Assembly (NCBI GenBank): GCA_017473555.1
Contig: JAFUKO010000117.1
Location: 5,197 to 69,196, forward strand
Length of the DNA stretch: 64,000 bases
Direction of reading: 5' to 3'
From: Ruminococcus sp.
GTDB taxonomy: Bacteria; Bacillota; Clostridia; Oscillospirales; Acutalibacteraceae
Part shown: one piece after another, positions 17,127 to 24,583 of the stretch
How positions within the stretch are numbered: the stretch's first letter is position 1
How the letters are laid out: each line of letters begins with the position of its first letter
Position numbers and translations under genes: made by a program
Notes under the pieces: generated by a model
Seen by the model: only the letters and a program-made list of their open reading frames with translations
Databases searched by the model: none
What the model was told of the DNA's origin: nothing

Positions 17127-18114
17127 GCTTATGGCTAAAAATAATAAAAAAGCACCGCTGTTTACAACTGTGCTCATAATAGTTCTTGTCGCTGTAGTAG
17201 CTTTTTCAGGCTTTAAGATTTATGAAAGTCTGAATAGTGACCCTCAGGTTCAGGGTGATACTGAGCCTAGTACAAAGACCGTAACGGTTGATGGGGTCGA
17301 TTATTTTCCACGACAGGATATAACAGTACTTATGCTTATGGGTATCGATGAGCGTGGTGAGGTTAAAAAGTCCGAATCATATAACAACACGGGTGAAAAC
17401 GATATGGTTGCCCTTGCTGTATTTGACGAACAGGATAAGTCCTACAGTGTGCTTGCGTTGAACCGCGACACGATGATGGATATTTATGCGTTGAGTGTCA
17501 CAGGCCAGCCAGCTGGTACGATTTATGGTCAGCTTGCACTTGCTCACACTTTTGGTACAGGACTTGAGGATAGCTGTGAAAATACCGTCAGAACAGTTTC
17601 TGACTTTTTGTCGGGTGTCACAGTAGATTACTACCTGTCAATGAATATGGACGCTATCGCTATCCTTAACGATGCTGTTGGTGGCGTAACTGTAACTGTT
17701 GATGACGATTTTTCAAAGGTTGACGACACTATTTCAAAAGGCGAAGTTACTTTAAACGGTGAGCAAGCATTATCCTTTGTCCAGACCCGTAAGGACGTAT
17801 CTGATGAGCTGAATATCAGCAGAATGGAGCGTCATAAGGAGTATATGGAAAACTTCGTTTCCGCTTTCAATGCGAAAGTTAAGGAAAGCGATACCTTCGT
17901 GCTTGAAACTTACGAAAAGGTTGCACCGTACATTGTGTCGGATTGCTCTATCAACTCTATGAGTGCTATGCTGAATCGTTATGCTGACTACACCTTGCGT
18001 GAGGTAGTAACTCCTGTCGGCGAGAATGTACTCACAAGCGATTATGTTGAGTTTTATGTTGATGAAGAACAGCTCCAGAAACTCATCACCAAAATGTTTT
18101 ACAAAGAAAAGTAA
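17119..18114 (+). CDS. LCP (LytR-CpsA-Psr) family glycopolymer-to-peptidoglycan ligase
   Basis: N-terminal TM segment, LMGIDERG ... NDMVALAVFD ... LNRDT motifs, and a later QALSFVQTRKD. Confidence 0.85.
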   Translation: MAKLMAKNNKKAPLFTTVLIIVLVAVVAFSGFKIYESLNSDPQVQGDTEPSTKTVTVDGVDYFPRQDITVLMLMGIDERGEVKKSESYNNTGENDMVALAVFDEQDKSYSVLALNRDTMMDIYALSVTGQPAGTIYGQLALAHTFGTGLEDSCENTVRTVSDFLSGVTVDYYLSMNMDAIAILNDAVGGVTVTVDDDFSKVDDTISKGEVTLNGEQALSFVQTRKDVSDELNISRMERHKEYMENFVSAFNAKVKESDTFVLETYEKVAPYIVSDCSINSMSAMLNRYADYTLREVVTPVGENVLTSDYVEFYVDEEQLQKLITKMFYKEK

Positions 18115-18124
18115 TATATAATTA

Positions 18125-18158
18125 AAGCCTGCTTATCTTCTGATAGGCAGGCTTTTTT
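18125..18158. terminator. Bidirectional intrinsic terminator between the LCP gene and ribF
   Basis: AAGCCTGCTTATC / GATAGGCAGGCTT stem followed by TTTTTT and preceded by an A-run. Confidence 0.75.
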
Positions 18159-18183
18159 GTGCTTTTGATAAATCGGGATAAAA

Positions 18184-19095
18184 TCATTTATTGTGTGAGG
18201 ATAAAATATCATTTATATCTTTTTGAATCTGTTGTTTGAGTTGAACGAGGCTATCAAACTTTTTTTCAGGACGGATAAAGCGTAACAACTCAGTTTTTAC
18301 ATTTCTTGAGTACAGGTTACCTGATTCGAAATTAAGCAAATGTGTTTCGCAAAGTGGTTCACTGTCACCGACCGTCGGATGAGTGCCGATATTTGTCGCA
18401 CCAAGATAAACCCTGTCATCGATAACAACCCTACTTGCGTATACTCCGAATTTTGGGGTGACAATACCCGTATTCAGCGGTTGATTTATGGTAGGAGTTT
18501 TTATTGTTGTACCAATATGGTTACCGCTTGTGATCTTTGAGGTTACTGAAAAGTTGTAAGAAAGCATTGCATTTGCGTCCTCAATTTGACCATTAGTGAT
18601 ACACTGTCTTATTCTAGTTGATGAGATTGGCTCGTTTTGATATTCAACGGGTTTACGTTTGCACGAGTCAATTTTTAGTTTATGACACATTGCTATAAGG
18701 TCATCAGCATTAGCGTTACCGCCTTTGCCGAAATGATAGTTAAAACCGGCGATTACAAATTTTGCATTTAGCGTATCATAGAGCACTTCTTTTACAAAGT
18801 CATTCGCTGTCATTGAGCAAACCTCGTTGAAATCGATGCAAAAAACATACTCAACACCAAGTTTTTCAAACAAGTTGAACTTTTCCTCATTAGTGGTGAG
18901 CAGTTGCTTTTTGTTGCCGCTCAAGATGTAGGCTGGACTGTCTTTAAAAGTCAGCACAGTTGCTTTGCAAACATCAGAAGATGCGTTGACAGCTGTTGTT
19001 ATTACATCCCGGTGACCTTTGTGAACACCATCAAAAAAACCAAGTGCCACTGATGTGTAGTATTTAGTTGGCTTCAAGGTGTCAAAAATCTGCAT
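18184..19095 (-). CDS. ribF: Bifunctional riboflavin kinase / FMN adenylyltransferase
   Basis: GFFDGVHKGH nucleotidyltransferase motif near the N-terminus. The C-terminal riboflavin-kinase part shows GTHPT ... E.H.L.F.G.LY. RBS GAAAGGAG. Confidence 0.9.
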   Translation of the reverse strand: MQIFDTLKPTKYYTSVALGFFDGVHKGHRDVITTAVNASSDVCKATVLTFKDSPAYILSGNKKQLLTTNEEKFNLFEKLGVEYVFCIDFNEVCSMTANDFVKEVLYDTLNAKFVIAGFNYHFGKGGNANADDLIAMCHKLKIDSCKRKPVEYQNEPISSTRIRQCITNGQIEDANAMLSYNFSVTSKITSGNHIGTTIKTPTINQPLNTGIVTPKFGVYASRVVIDDRVYLGATNIGTHPTVGDSEPLCETHLLNFESGNLYSRNVKTELLRFIRPEKKFDSLVQLKQQIQKDINDILSSHNK

Positions 19096-19164
19096 AGTAG
19101 GCTCCTTTCACAACATACAATGATTATAAATCAAAAGTAATGTATTTGCAAGGAGTTGAATTAA

Positions 19165-20055
19165 TTGTATAGTGGTGAATGTGATGTTAAAAAATCCGAA
19201 GTGCTTGAAAAACATTTGCTTAATAATTATAAATTTTTAAGGAGATTTGTGATAGGCAGAACATATCTTAATCGCAGAATAGTATCATTTACAATAGGTC
19301 GAGGTGGACTGCTTCTGACAGGAGCTTTTCATGGTGCTGAGCGTATAACAGCAATGATGCTATATAAGTTTCTTGACGATGTGTGCATAAAAATGGAAAA
19401 CGAAATCGATTTCTACAATGATGTAGCAAAAACAGGACTTACAGTTGTGCCGATGGTCAATCCTGATGGAGTTGAGATTAGCTGTAATGGTGTAAAAACT
19501 GCAGGTAATAATTCGGAGTTTGTCAGCGAGTGCTTGATTAAATCAGCTTTGCCTCATAAAAAGTGGCAGGCAAATGCAAGAGGTGTTGACATTAACCATA
19601 ATTTTGATGCTGGTTATAATGAAGTGAAAGAAAAGGAACGGGAACTTGGAATCAACGCACCAATGCCGACACGTTTTGGGGGAGAATATGCAGAAAGCGA
19701 AAGGGAAACAAATGCTTTGTGTGAACTATGCAGAGAAAACAACTTCAAAGCTGCAGTGGCTTTACATTCGCAGGGGCGGGAGATTTACTATGATTATGGA
19801 AATAATACCCCCAATGTAAGCCGAGATTTGGCTGTGAAAATGGCAGAGATATCAGGATATACGATGTCACATCCACAGGGGATAGCTGTTGGTGGAGGCT
19901 TTAAGGATTGGTTTATCGAGAAGTTCAAACGTCCGGCTTTTACCATAGAGGTAGGCGAGGGCGAAAACCCACTGTCACCTGAAACATTTGACAGAGAATA
20001 TCCGCGTGTTTCAAAGATGCTGAATTATCTGCTTGATTATTTAGTTGATAATTGA
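19165..20055 (+). CDS. M14-family zinc carboxypeptidase/endopeptidase (gamma-D-Glu-DAP peptidase-like)
   Basis: HGAE zinc motif (GAFHGAERIT), NPDG, and a later VALHSQG. TTG start 8 nt after AAGGAG. Confidence 0.75.
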   Translation: MYSGECDVKKSEVLEKHLLNNYKFLRRFVIGRTYLNRRIVSFTIGRGGLLLTGAFHGAERITAMMLYKFLDDVCIKMENEIDFYNDVAKTGLTVVPMVNPDGVEISCNGVKTAGNNSEFVSECLIKSALPHKKWQANARGVDINHNFDAGYNEVKEKERELGINAPMPTRFGGEYAESERETNALCELCRENNFKAAVALHSQGREIYYDYGNNTPNVSRDLAVKMAEISGYTMSHPQGIAVGGGFKDWFIEKFKRPAFTIEVGEGENPLSPETFDREYPRVSKMLNYLLDYLVDN

Positions 20056-20060
20056 ACACA

Positions 20061-20095
20061 AAAAAACAACGCACTGATTAAGTGCGTTGTTTTAT
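20061..20095. terminator. Bidirectional terminator between convergent M14 and asnB genes
   Basis: ACAACGCACT-GATTA-AGTGCGTTGT stem flanked by an A-run and a T-run. Confidence 0.75.
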
Positions 20096-20096
20096 A

Positions 20097-22343
20097 TTAA
20101 TCTTCTATATTGTCTTCCTGTAAGCTTTTTTTCAGGTTTTCGAAGAAGTTGTTGTGGTCTTCAAGTACCGGCTTGAAAGATGGTTTAACCTTATGTTCAC
20201 TCGCTGCTATAGGCTCAGCACTACTGCTGTCAGCGTTTAAGTTAACGTGCTTTGCTGTTTTTGTAGCGGAGTAGATTTCCTCAGCTTCAACGTCATTATT
20301 CTCGCTTTCAAGAATCTTTTTAGCTTTTGATTCGTCAACAGGGCGAAATACCTTTGTTGAACCTGTTGGAGCGTCGTCAGTTGAAACGGATTGAGCTTCC
20401 TGCTTAGTTTCCATTTCTACGTCTTCGCCGTCATCAAATGGAGAGTCAGCAGGGTTCTGTTCTACAGGCTGGTGTTCAAAAACTTCCTCTTCTACCTCCG
20501 GTTCTTCGATCTCAACAGCACCGAAGTAAATCTGATACCATACAAGGAATACATATACAGTCCAGATTTTTCGTGAGTTATCTTCTTTTTCGTGGAAATG
20601 TTCATCGAGATATTCAACAAGAATGTTTGTGTTAAAGAACTTCTCGGCAGTCGGAGAAGTGAACATATCCTTGACAAGACCATAGTAGTGCTCGTCTTTG
20701 AGCCATACTCTTGTTGGAACAGGGAAGCCGAGCTTTTCTTTTTCAGCAGTAGCCTGTGGCAGATGGCGTAAAGCCGCCTGACGCATAGCATACTTTGTGT
20801 TATACTTGTTTACTCTCAGGTCTGTCGGAATAGTTGACGCTACCTTGAATACTTCTTTATCAAGGAACGGAACTCTAAGTTCAAGAGAGTTTGCCATACT
20901 CATACGGTCAGCTTTTAAAAGAATATCACCGACCATCCACATGTTGATGTCGAGATACTGCATCTTTGTTACATCATCATAGCGTCTTGCACGAGTGTAG
21001 TGACGTCTTACAAGGCGTGTTGGGTCAGTAGCCAGAGCAGAGTTCTTAAGCAAAGCCTTCTTCTGTTTCTGGTCATACATATATGCGTTACCGATGAAGC
21101 GTTTCTCCAGCGGATGAGTAGCACGGATGAGGTAATCTCTGCCCTTGATGTCAGGAAGCTTCTTGCAAACCCAGCAAATAGCTTTTCTGATACAGTATGG
21201 AACAATCTTCTGATAAAGGCTGAAAACTCGTGGGTCATTGTAGCAAGTGTAACCGCCGAACAATTCGTCAGCACCCTCACCTGAAAGTACAACCTTTACG
21301 TATTCGCTCGCAAGCTTTGCAACAAAGTAAAGAGCGATACAGCTAGGGTCAGCGAGTGGCTGGTCCATATGATACTGAACCTTTGGCACTGCGGCCCAGA
21401 ATTCCTCAGATGAAATGAGCTTTGTGTGGTGCTCAACACCTAGCTCTTTGGAAAGATTCTCAGCCCAGCTGATTTCGTTATATCTCTCACCAAAGTCAAA
21501 GCCTACAGTGAAAGTTTTCTGGTCTTTAAAGTATGTTGAAACGTAGCTGCTATCAACACCTGATGAGAGGAAACAACCAACCTCAACGTCAGCAATCTTG
21601 TGAGCGTTGACTGAGTTTTCGAAAACTGCCTCAATCTTATCAACAGCCTCGTCCTCTGTCATCTCGTGGTCAGGCTTGAATTTAGCTTCAAAGTAACGCT
21701 GTGTTTCAACAACGCCGTCTCTAAACCACATAAAGTGACCAGGCAGTAAACAGTAAACATTCTTAAAGAATGTCATTGGCTGTGGGCAGTACTGGAATGA
21801 AAGGTAGTGGTCTAAAGCCTCTTCGTTAAACTCTTTTTTAAACTCAGGGTGCTCTAAAATACTCTTGATTTCAGAGCCGTAGCACAGGTTGTCGCCAATA
21901 ACTGTGTAATGGAGCGGCTTAATACCAAAGAAGTCTCTGGCCAAGAACAGTGCCTTTGTTTCTCTGTTGTAAATAGCAAAGCCGAACATTCCGCGTAAGT
22001 GGTCGAACATTTCCTCGCCCCACTCTTCAAATGAGTGGATTAACACTTCACTGTCGGTATCGGTGTAGAAAGAGTGTCCGAGCTCGATAAGCTCTTTTCT
22101 CAAATCTTTGTAATTATATATCTCGCCGTTAAATGTGAGGACTAAAGACTTGTCCTCGTTGTAGATAGGCTGATGACCCTCGTCGAGGTCGATAATGCTC
22201 AGTCTTCTGAAGCCCATATTGATATAGTCATCAGAGAAAAAACCATCAGAGTCAGGACCTCTGTGAGTGATAACCTCAGTCATCTTTTTTATGGTGTTTT
22301 CACGCTGTTCTATTTGTCCTGTGAAGCCACAGATTCCGCACAT
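20097..22343 (-). CDS. asnB: Asparagine synthase (glutamine-hydrolysing) with an about 135-aa acidic C-terminal extension
   Basis: MCGICGF N-terminal nucleophile Cys, SGGVDSS PP-loop (here LSSGVDSS). Start set to the ATG at 22343 so that Cys is residue 2. AAGGAG lies 10 nt upstream, and the track start at 22370 lies upstream of that RBS. Confidence 0.9.
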   Translation of the reverse strand: MCGICGFTGQIEQRENTIKKMTEVITHRGPDSDGFFSDDYINMGFRRLSIIDLDEGHQPIYNEDKSLVLTFNGEIYNYKDLRKELIELGHSFYTDTDSEVLIHSFEEWGEEMFDHLRGMFGFAIYNRETKALFLARDFFGIKPLHYTVIGDNLCYGSEIKSILEHPEFKKEFNEEALDHYLSFQYCPQPMTFFKNVYCLLPGHFMWFRDGVVETQRYFEAKFKPDHEMTEDEAVDKIEAVFENSVNAHKIADVEVGCFLSSGVDSSYVSTYFKDQKTFTVGFDFGERYNEISWAENLSKELGVEHHTKLISSEEFWAAVPKVQYHMDQPLADPSCIALYFVAKLASEYVKVVLSGEGADELFGGYTCYNDPRVFSLYQKIVPYCIRKAICWVCKKLPDIKGRDYLIRATHPLEKRFIGNAYMYDQKQKKALLKNSALATDPTRLVRRHYTRARRYDDVTKMQYLDINMWMVGDILLKADRMSMANSLELRVPFLDKEVFKVASTIPTDLRVNKYNTKYAMRQAALRHLPQATAEKEKLGFPVPTRVWLKDEHYYGLVKDMFTSPTAEKFFNTNILVEYLDEHFHEKEDNSRKIWTVYVFLVWYQIYFGAVEIEEPEVEEEVFEHQPVEQNPADSPFDDGEDVEMETKQEAQSVSTDDAPTGSTKVFRPVDESKAKKILESENNDVEAEEIYSATKTAKHVNLNADSSSAEPIAASEHKVKPSFKPVLEDHNNFFENLKKSLQEDNIED

Positions 22344-22406
22344 ACAGCAAAACTCCTTTCGTTTAAGCATTGGCTAAAACTGTTATTTCTAAAAATAATC
22401 ATAATA

Positions 22407-22683
22407 AGAGTGAGTCAAGTATATCAAAAACCAGATTTTTAAGGGATTATTTTTACTCACTCTTTGTTAAAATACTCGTGAATCCGCCAGGATTCACTGC
22501 ATTTTTGCCTAAATTGAGTCAAAATCCTCACCTAAAAAATTCTTCGACCTGAATCTTAAGTAGTTTATGGTGATTTTGGGTGGCTGAGAATACCATAAGG
22601 CTGACGCCTTGTGGTGTTCGATACGCTCAAAAGCGACGAAAATACTAAGATCAAGGCTGGTTCGGATATACTTGACTCACTCT
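22407..22683. repeat. 19-bp perfect inverted repeat pair bracketing 239 bp of non-coding DNA (candidate invertible element, MITE or structured RNA)
   Basis: AGAGTGAGTCAAGTATATC at 22407-22425 and its exact reverse complement GATATACTTGACTCACTCT at 22665-22683. Inside are an 8-bp hairpin (GTGAATCC-GCCA-GGATTCAC, 22477-22496), a 10-bp hairpin (22592-22615) and an extended -10-like TGTTAAAAT (22465-22473). Confidence 0.6.
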
Positions 22684-22761
22684 AAACATTATAATTACTT
22701 ACATAATAACATATAGTCGCAAAAACTGCAACAAATAATACATAAAAATATTACAGCTTTA

Positions 22762-22790
22762 TTGCAGCAAAAAGATAATTGATGTATAAT
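22762..22790 (+). promoter_or_regulatory. Sigma-A type promoter for DUF554-mntP
   Basis: TTGCAG (22762-22767), a 17-nt spacer, TATAAT (22785-22790). Confidence 0.55.
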
Positions 22791-22856
22791 GCGTAATGCG
22801 GGTGCATCAGGAGAAAAATCAGCAAGTTGATGCACTATTAAAAGGCAGGTTATAAT

Positions 22857-23624
22857 ATGTTGGGAATGACAGGAACAATCGTAAATACTATAGCGGTGCT
22901 TATAGGTGGAGCTATCGGCTTGTTGTTTAAAAAAGCTATACCGCAGAGATTATCAGATACAGTTTTCAAAGGCTTGGGTCTTTGCACTGCTTTTATCGGT
23001 ATCACAGGTGTTTTTCAGGATGGGGTGAATACGCTCGTTGTGATTATATCGGTAGTTTTGGGAGCTGTGATAGGTGAGGGTGTTGATCTTGATAAACGAG
23101 TAAATAATCTTGGCAAATGGCTTGAAAACAAGGTTAACAAAGCTGAGAACGAAAACGGCAAGGTTAGTATTGCACAGGGTTTTGTATCAGCAAGTCTGCT
23201 GTTTTGTGTCGGAGCTATGACAATTGTCGGCTCACTCCAGAGCGGTTTGGTAGGTGACCATACCACACTGTTTACTAAAAGTATCTTAGACTTTGTAGCA
23301 GCCATAATTTTTGCGAGCTCACTTGGAGCAGGAGTGCTGTTTTCAGCAGCATTTGTGTTTGTATATCAGGGTATTATGTCATTTGGTTCCTACCTTATCG
23401 GTAGCTTTTTTGCCGGTGGAGCAGATATGCTCACTAAGACTGCAGAGCTTACACCGTTTATGGTGACAGTTAACACAATGAACTGTGTCGGCTACATAAT
23501 TATCATCGGTTTGTCGCTTAATATGCTAGGTATAACAAAGCTCAAGGTTATGAACTATGTGCCGGCAATATTTATGCCGATTATGCTTTGTCCGCTTGCA
23601 GATTTTATTATGACATTAGTATAG
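22857..23624 (+). CDS. DUF554-family membrane protein (YdfK-like)
   Basis: N-terminal GTIVNTIAVLIGGAIGLLFKK.IP.R pattern and about 6 TM segments. Confidence 0.8.
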   Translation: MLGMTGTIVNTIAVLIGGAIGLLFKKAIPQRLSDTVFKGLGLCTAFIGITGVFQDGVNTLVVIISVVLGAVIGEGVDLDKRVNNLGKWLENKVNKAENENGKVSIAQGFVSASLLFCVGAMTIVGSLQSGLVGDHTTLFTKSILDFVAAIIFASSLGAGVLFSAAFVFVYQGIMSFGSYLIGSFFAGGADMLTKTAELTPFMVTVNTMNCVGYIIIIGLSLNMLGITKLKVMNYVPAIFMPIMLCPLADFIMTLV

Positions 23625-23631
23625 GTGGCTT

Positions 23632-24222
23632 ATGACATACAGTTTTATGTTTTTCTTTAATAACGTGTTGCTTGGTGTGGGACTAGCGATGGACGCTTTT
23701 TCAGTATCTTTGGCAAATGGTCTTAATGAACCTAAAATGCGAAAGAGCAAGATGCTCTCAGTTGCTGTTACGTTTGCGGTTTTTCAGGCGATAATGCCAC
23801 TCATAGGCTGGATTTGTGTACATACCGTTGTCGAGCATTTTAAGGTGTTTGAAAAGTTTATACCTTGGATTGCGCTAATATTGCTTTGTTACATCGGTGG
23901 CTCTATGCTTGTTGACGGCATAAAAAACAAGGATGAAAGTGACACCAAAAACGTGAAGTCGCTCGGTATTTTAGCGCTTATGGTACAGGGCGTGGCAACA
24001 TCAATCGATGCACTGTCGGTAGGATTTACAATAGCCGGCTATGATTTTATGATGGCCTTGGTGTCGGCACTGATAATTGCATTAGTCACATTTGTGATTT
24101 GTGTAGCGGGCGTATATATCGGCAAACGCTTTGGCACAAAACTCAGTACAAAAGCTACGATATTCGGTGGAGTTATTCTGATTTTGATCGGTATCGAGAT
24201 ATTTGTTACAGGTGTTATTTAG
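23632..24222 (+). CDS. mntP: Manganese efflux pump MntP
   Basis: GLAMDAFSVSLANG and a second SIDALSVGF half-repeat, with six TM segments. Confidence 0.85.
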   Translation: MTYSFMFFFNNVLLGVGLAMDAFSVSLANGLNEPKMRKSKMLSVAVTFAVFQAIMPLIGWICVHTVVEHFKVFEKFIPWIALILLCYIGGSMLVDGIKNKDESDTKNVKSLGILALMVQGVATSIDALSVGFTIAGYDFMMALVSALIIALVTFVICVAGVYIGKRFGTKLSTKATIFGGVILILIGIEIFVTGVI

Positions 24223-24318
24223 CTTTCGTATTGCTCAAAGTATGACAGAATTTTCACTAAATGTATTCAGAAAGTTCAAAGGTAGTTCACAGCTAATTCA
24301 CATCTTTTGAAAAAAAGT

Positions 24319-24327
24319 TGATATAAT
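24319..24327 (+). promoter_or_regulatory. Extended -10 promoter element (TGaTATAAT)
   Basis: TG at 24319-24320 and TATAAT at 24322-24327. No good -35 is needed for extended -10 promoters. Confidence 0.4.
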
Positions 24328-24333
24328 ATAGTT

Positions 24334-24491
24334 GTACAAAGTTAAGGACCGCAACTTAATTTTGTATTGTTCTACCCTCCTCAATGTAGGCATAAGGCCT
24401 ATCATTGTACCCCTCATTTTTATATGGGCTATATGCCCGAAACAAAAAACAAAAGCGTTGAGTTACCGCAAGACTCAACGCTTTTTGTTTT
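24334..24491 (+). ncRNA. Candidate about 160-nt small RNA with two C-rich modules
   Basis: It is bounded by the extended -10 promoter and a strong terminator, with no RBS-preceded ORF. There are two about 35-nt pseudo-repeats, each UACCC(U/C)-rich followed by a short GGC/GCC hairpin (TACCCTCCTCAATGTAGGCATAAGGCCTA and TACCCCTCATTTTTATATGGGCTATATGCCC). Confidence 0.35.
24454..24491. terminator. Intrinsic terminator (bidirectional shape)
   Basis: AGCGTTGAGT-TACCGCAAG-ACTCAACGCT 10-bp stem followed by TTTTTGTTTT and preceded by an A-rich run. Confidence 0.8.
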
Positions 24492-24583
24492 GTATACTTG
24501 TTATCGAATAATGAAATAGTTTGCTTTTTATTATCCTTAATGGTATAATTATACAGTAAATAACAAAACTGAGGAGTGTAGTT

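Noticed and set aside
22344-22552. The track start of asnB at 22370, and the + strand ORFs 22173-22442 and 22370-22552.
   Set aside because: A glutamine amidotransferase needs Cys as residue 2, which fixes the start at 22343 behind AAGGAG. The + strand ORFs overlap the asnB start or run through the inverted-repeat element with no RBS.
22600-22660. GGTGTTCGATACGCT resembles a tRNA T-arm.
   Set aside because: The flanking bases do not form the 5-bp T-stem, and no acceptor or anticodon arms can be drawn. I found no tRNA or rRNA genes anywhere in the window.
22700-22856. A yybP-ykoY manganese riboswitch was expected upstream of the DUF554-mntP operon.
   Set aside because: I could not find the conserved GGGGAGUAG / four-way-junction features. 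Only a simple 8-bp hairpin (22804-22835) is present. A covariance-model scan would be needed to be sure.
24290-24410. A minus-strand small ORF (MIGLMPTLRRVEQYKIKL...) inside the candidate sRNA region, considered as a type I toxin.
   Set aside because: The bidirectional terminator lies immediately upstream of it on that strand, leaving no room for a promoter. The peptide is not hydrophobic like known type I toxins.
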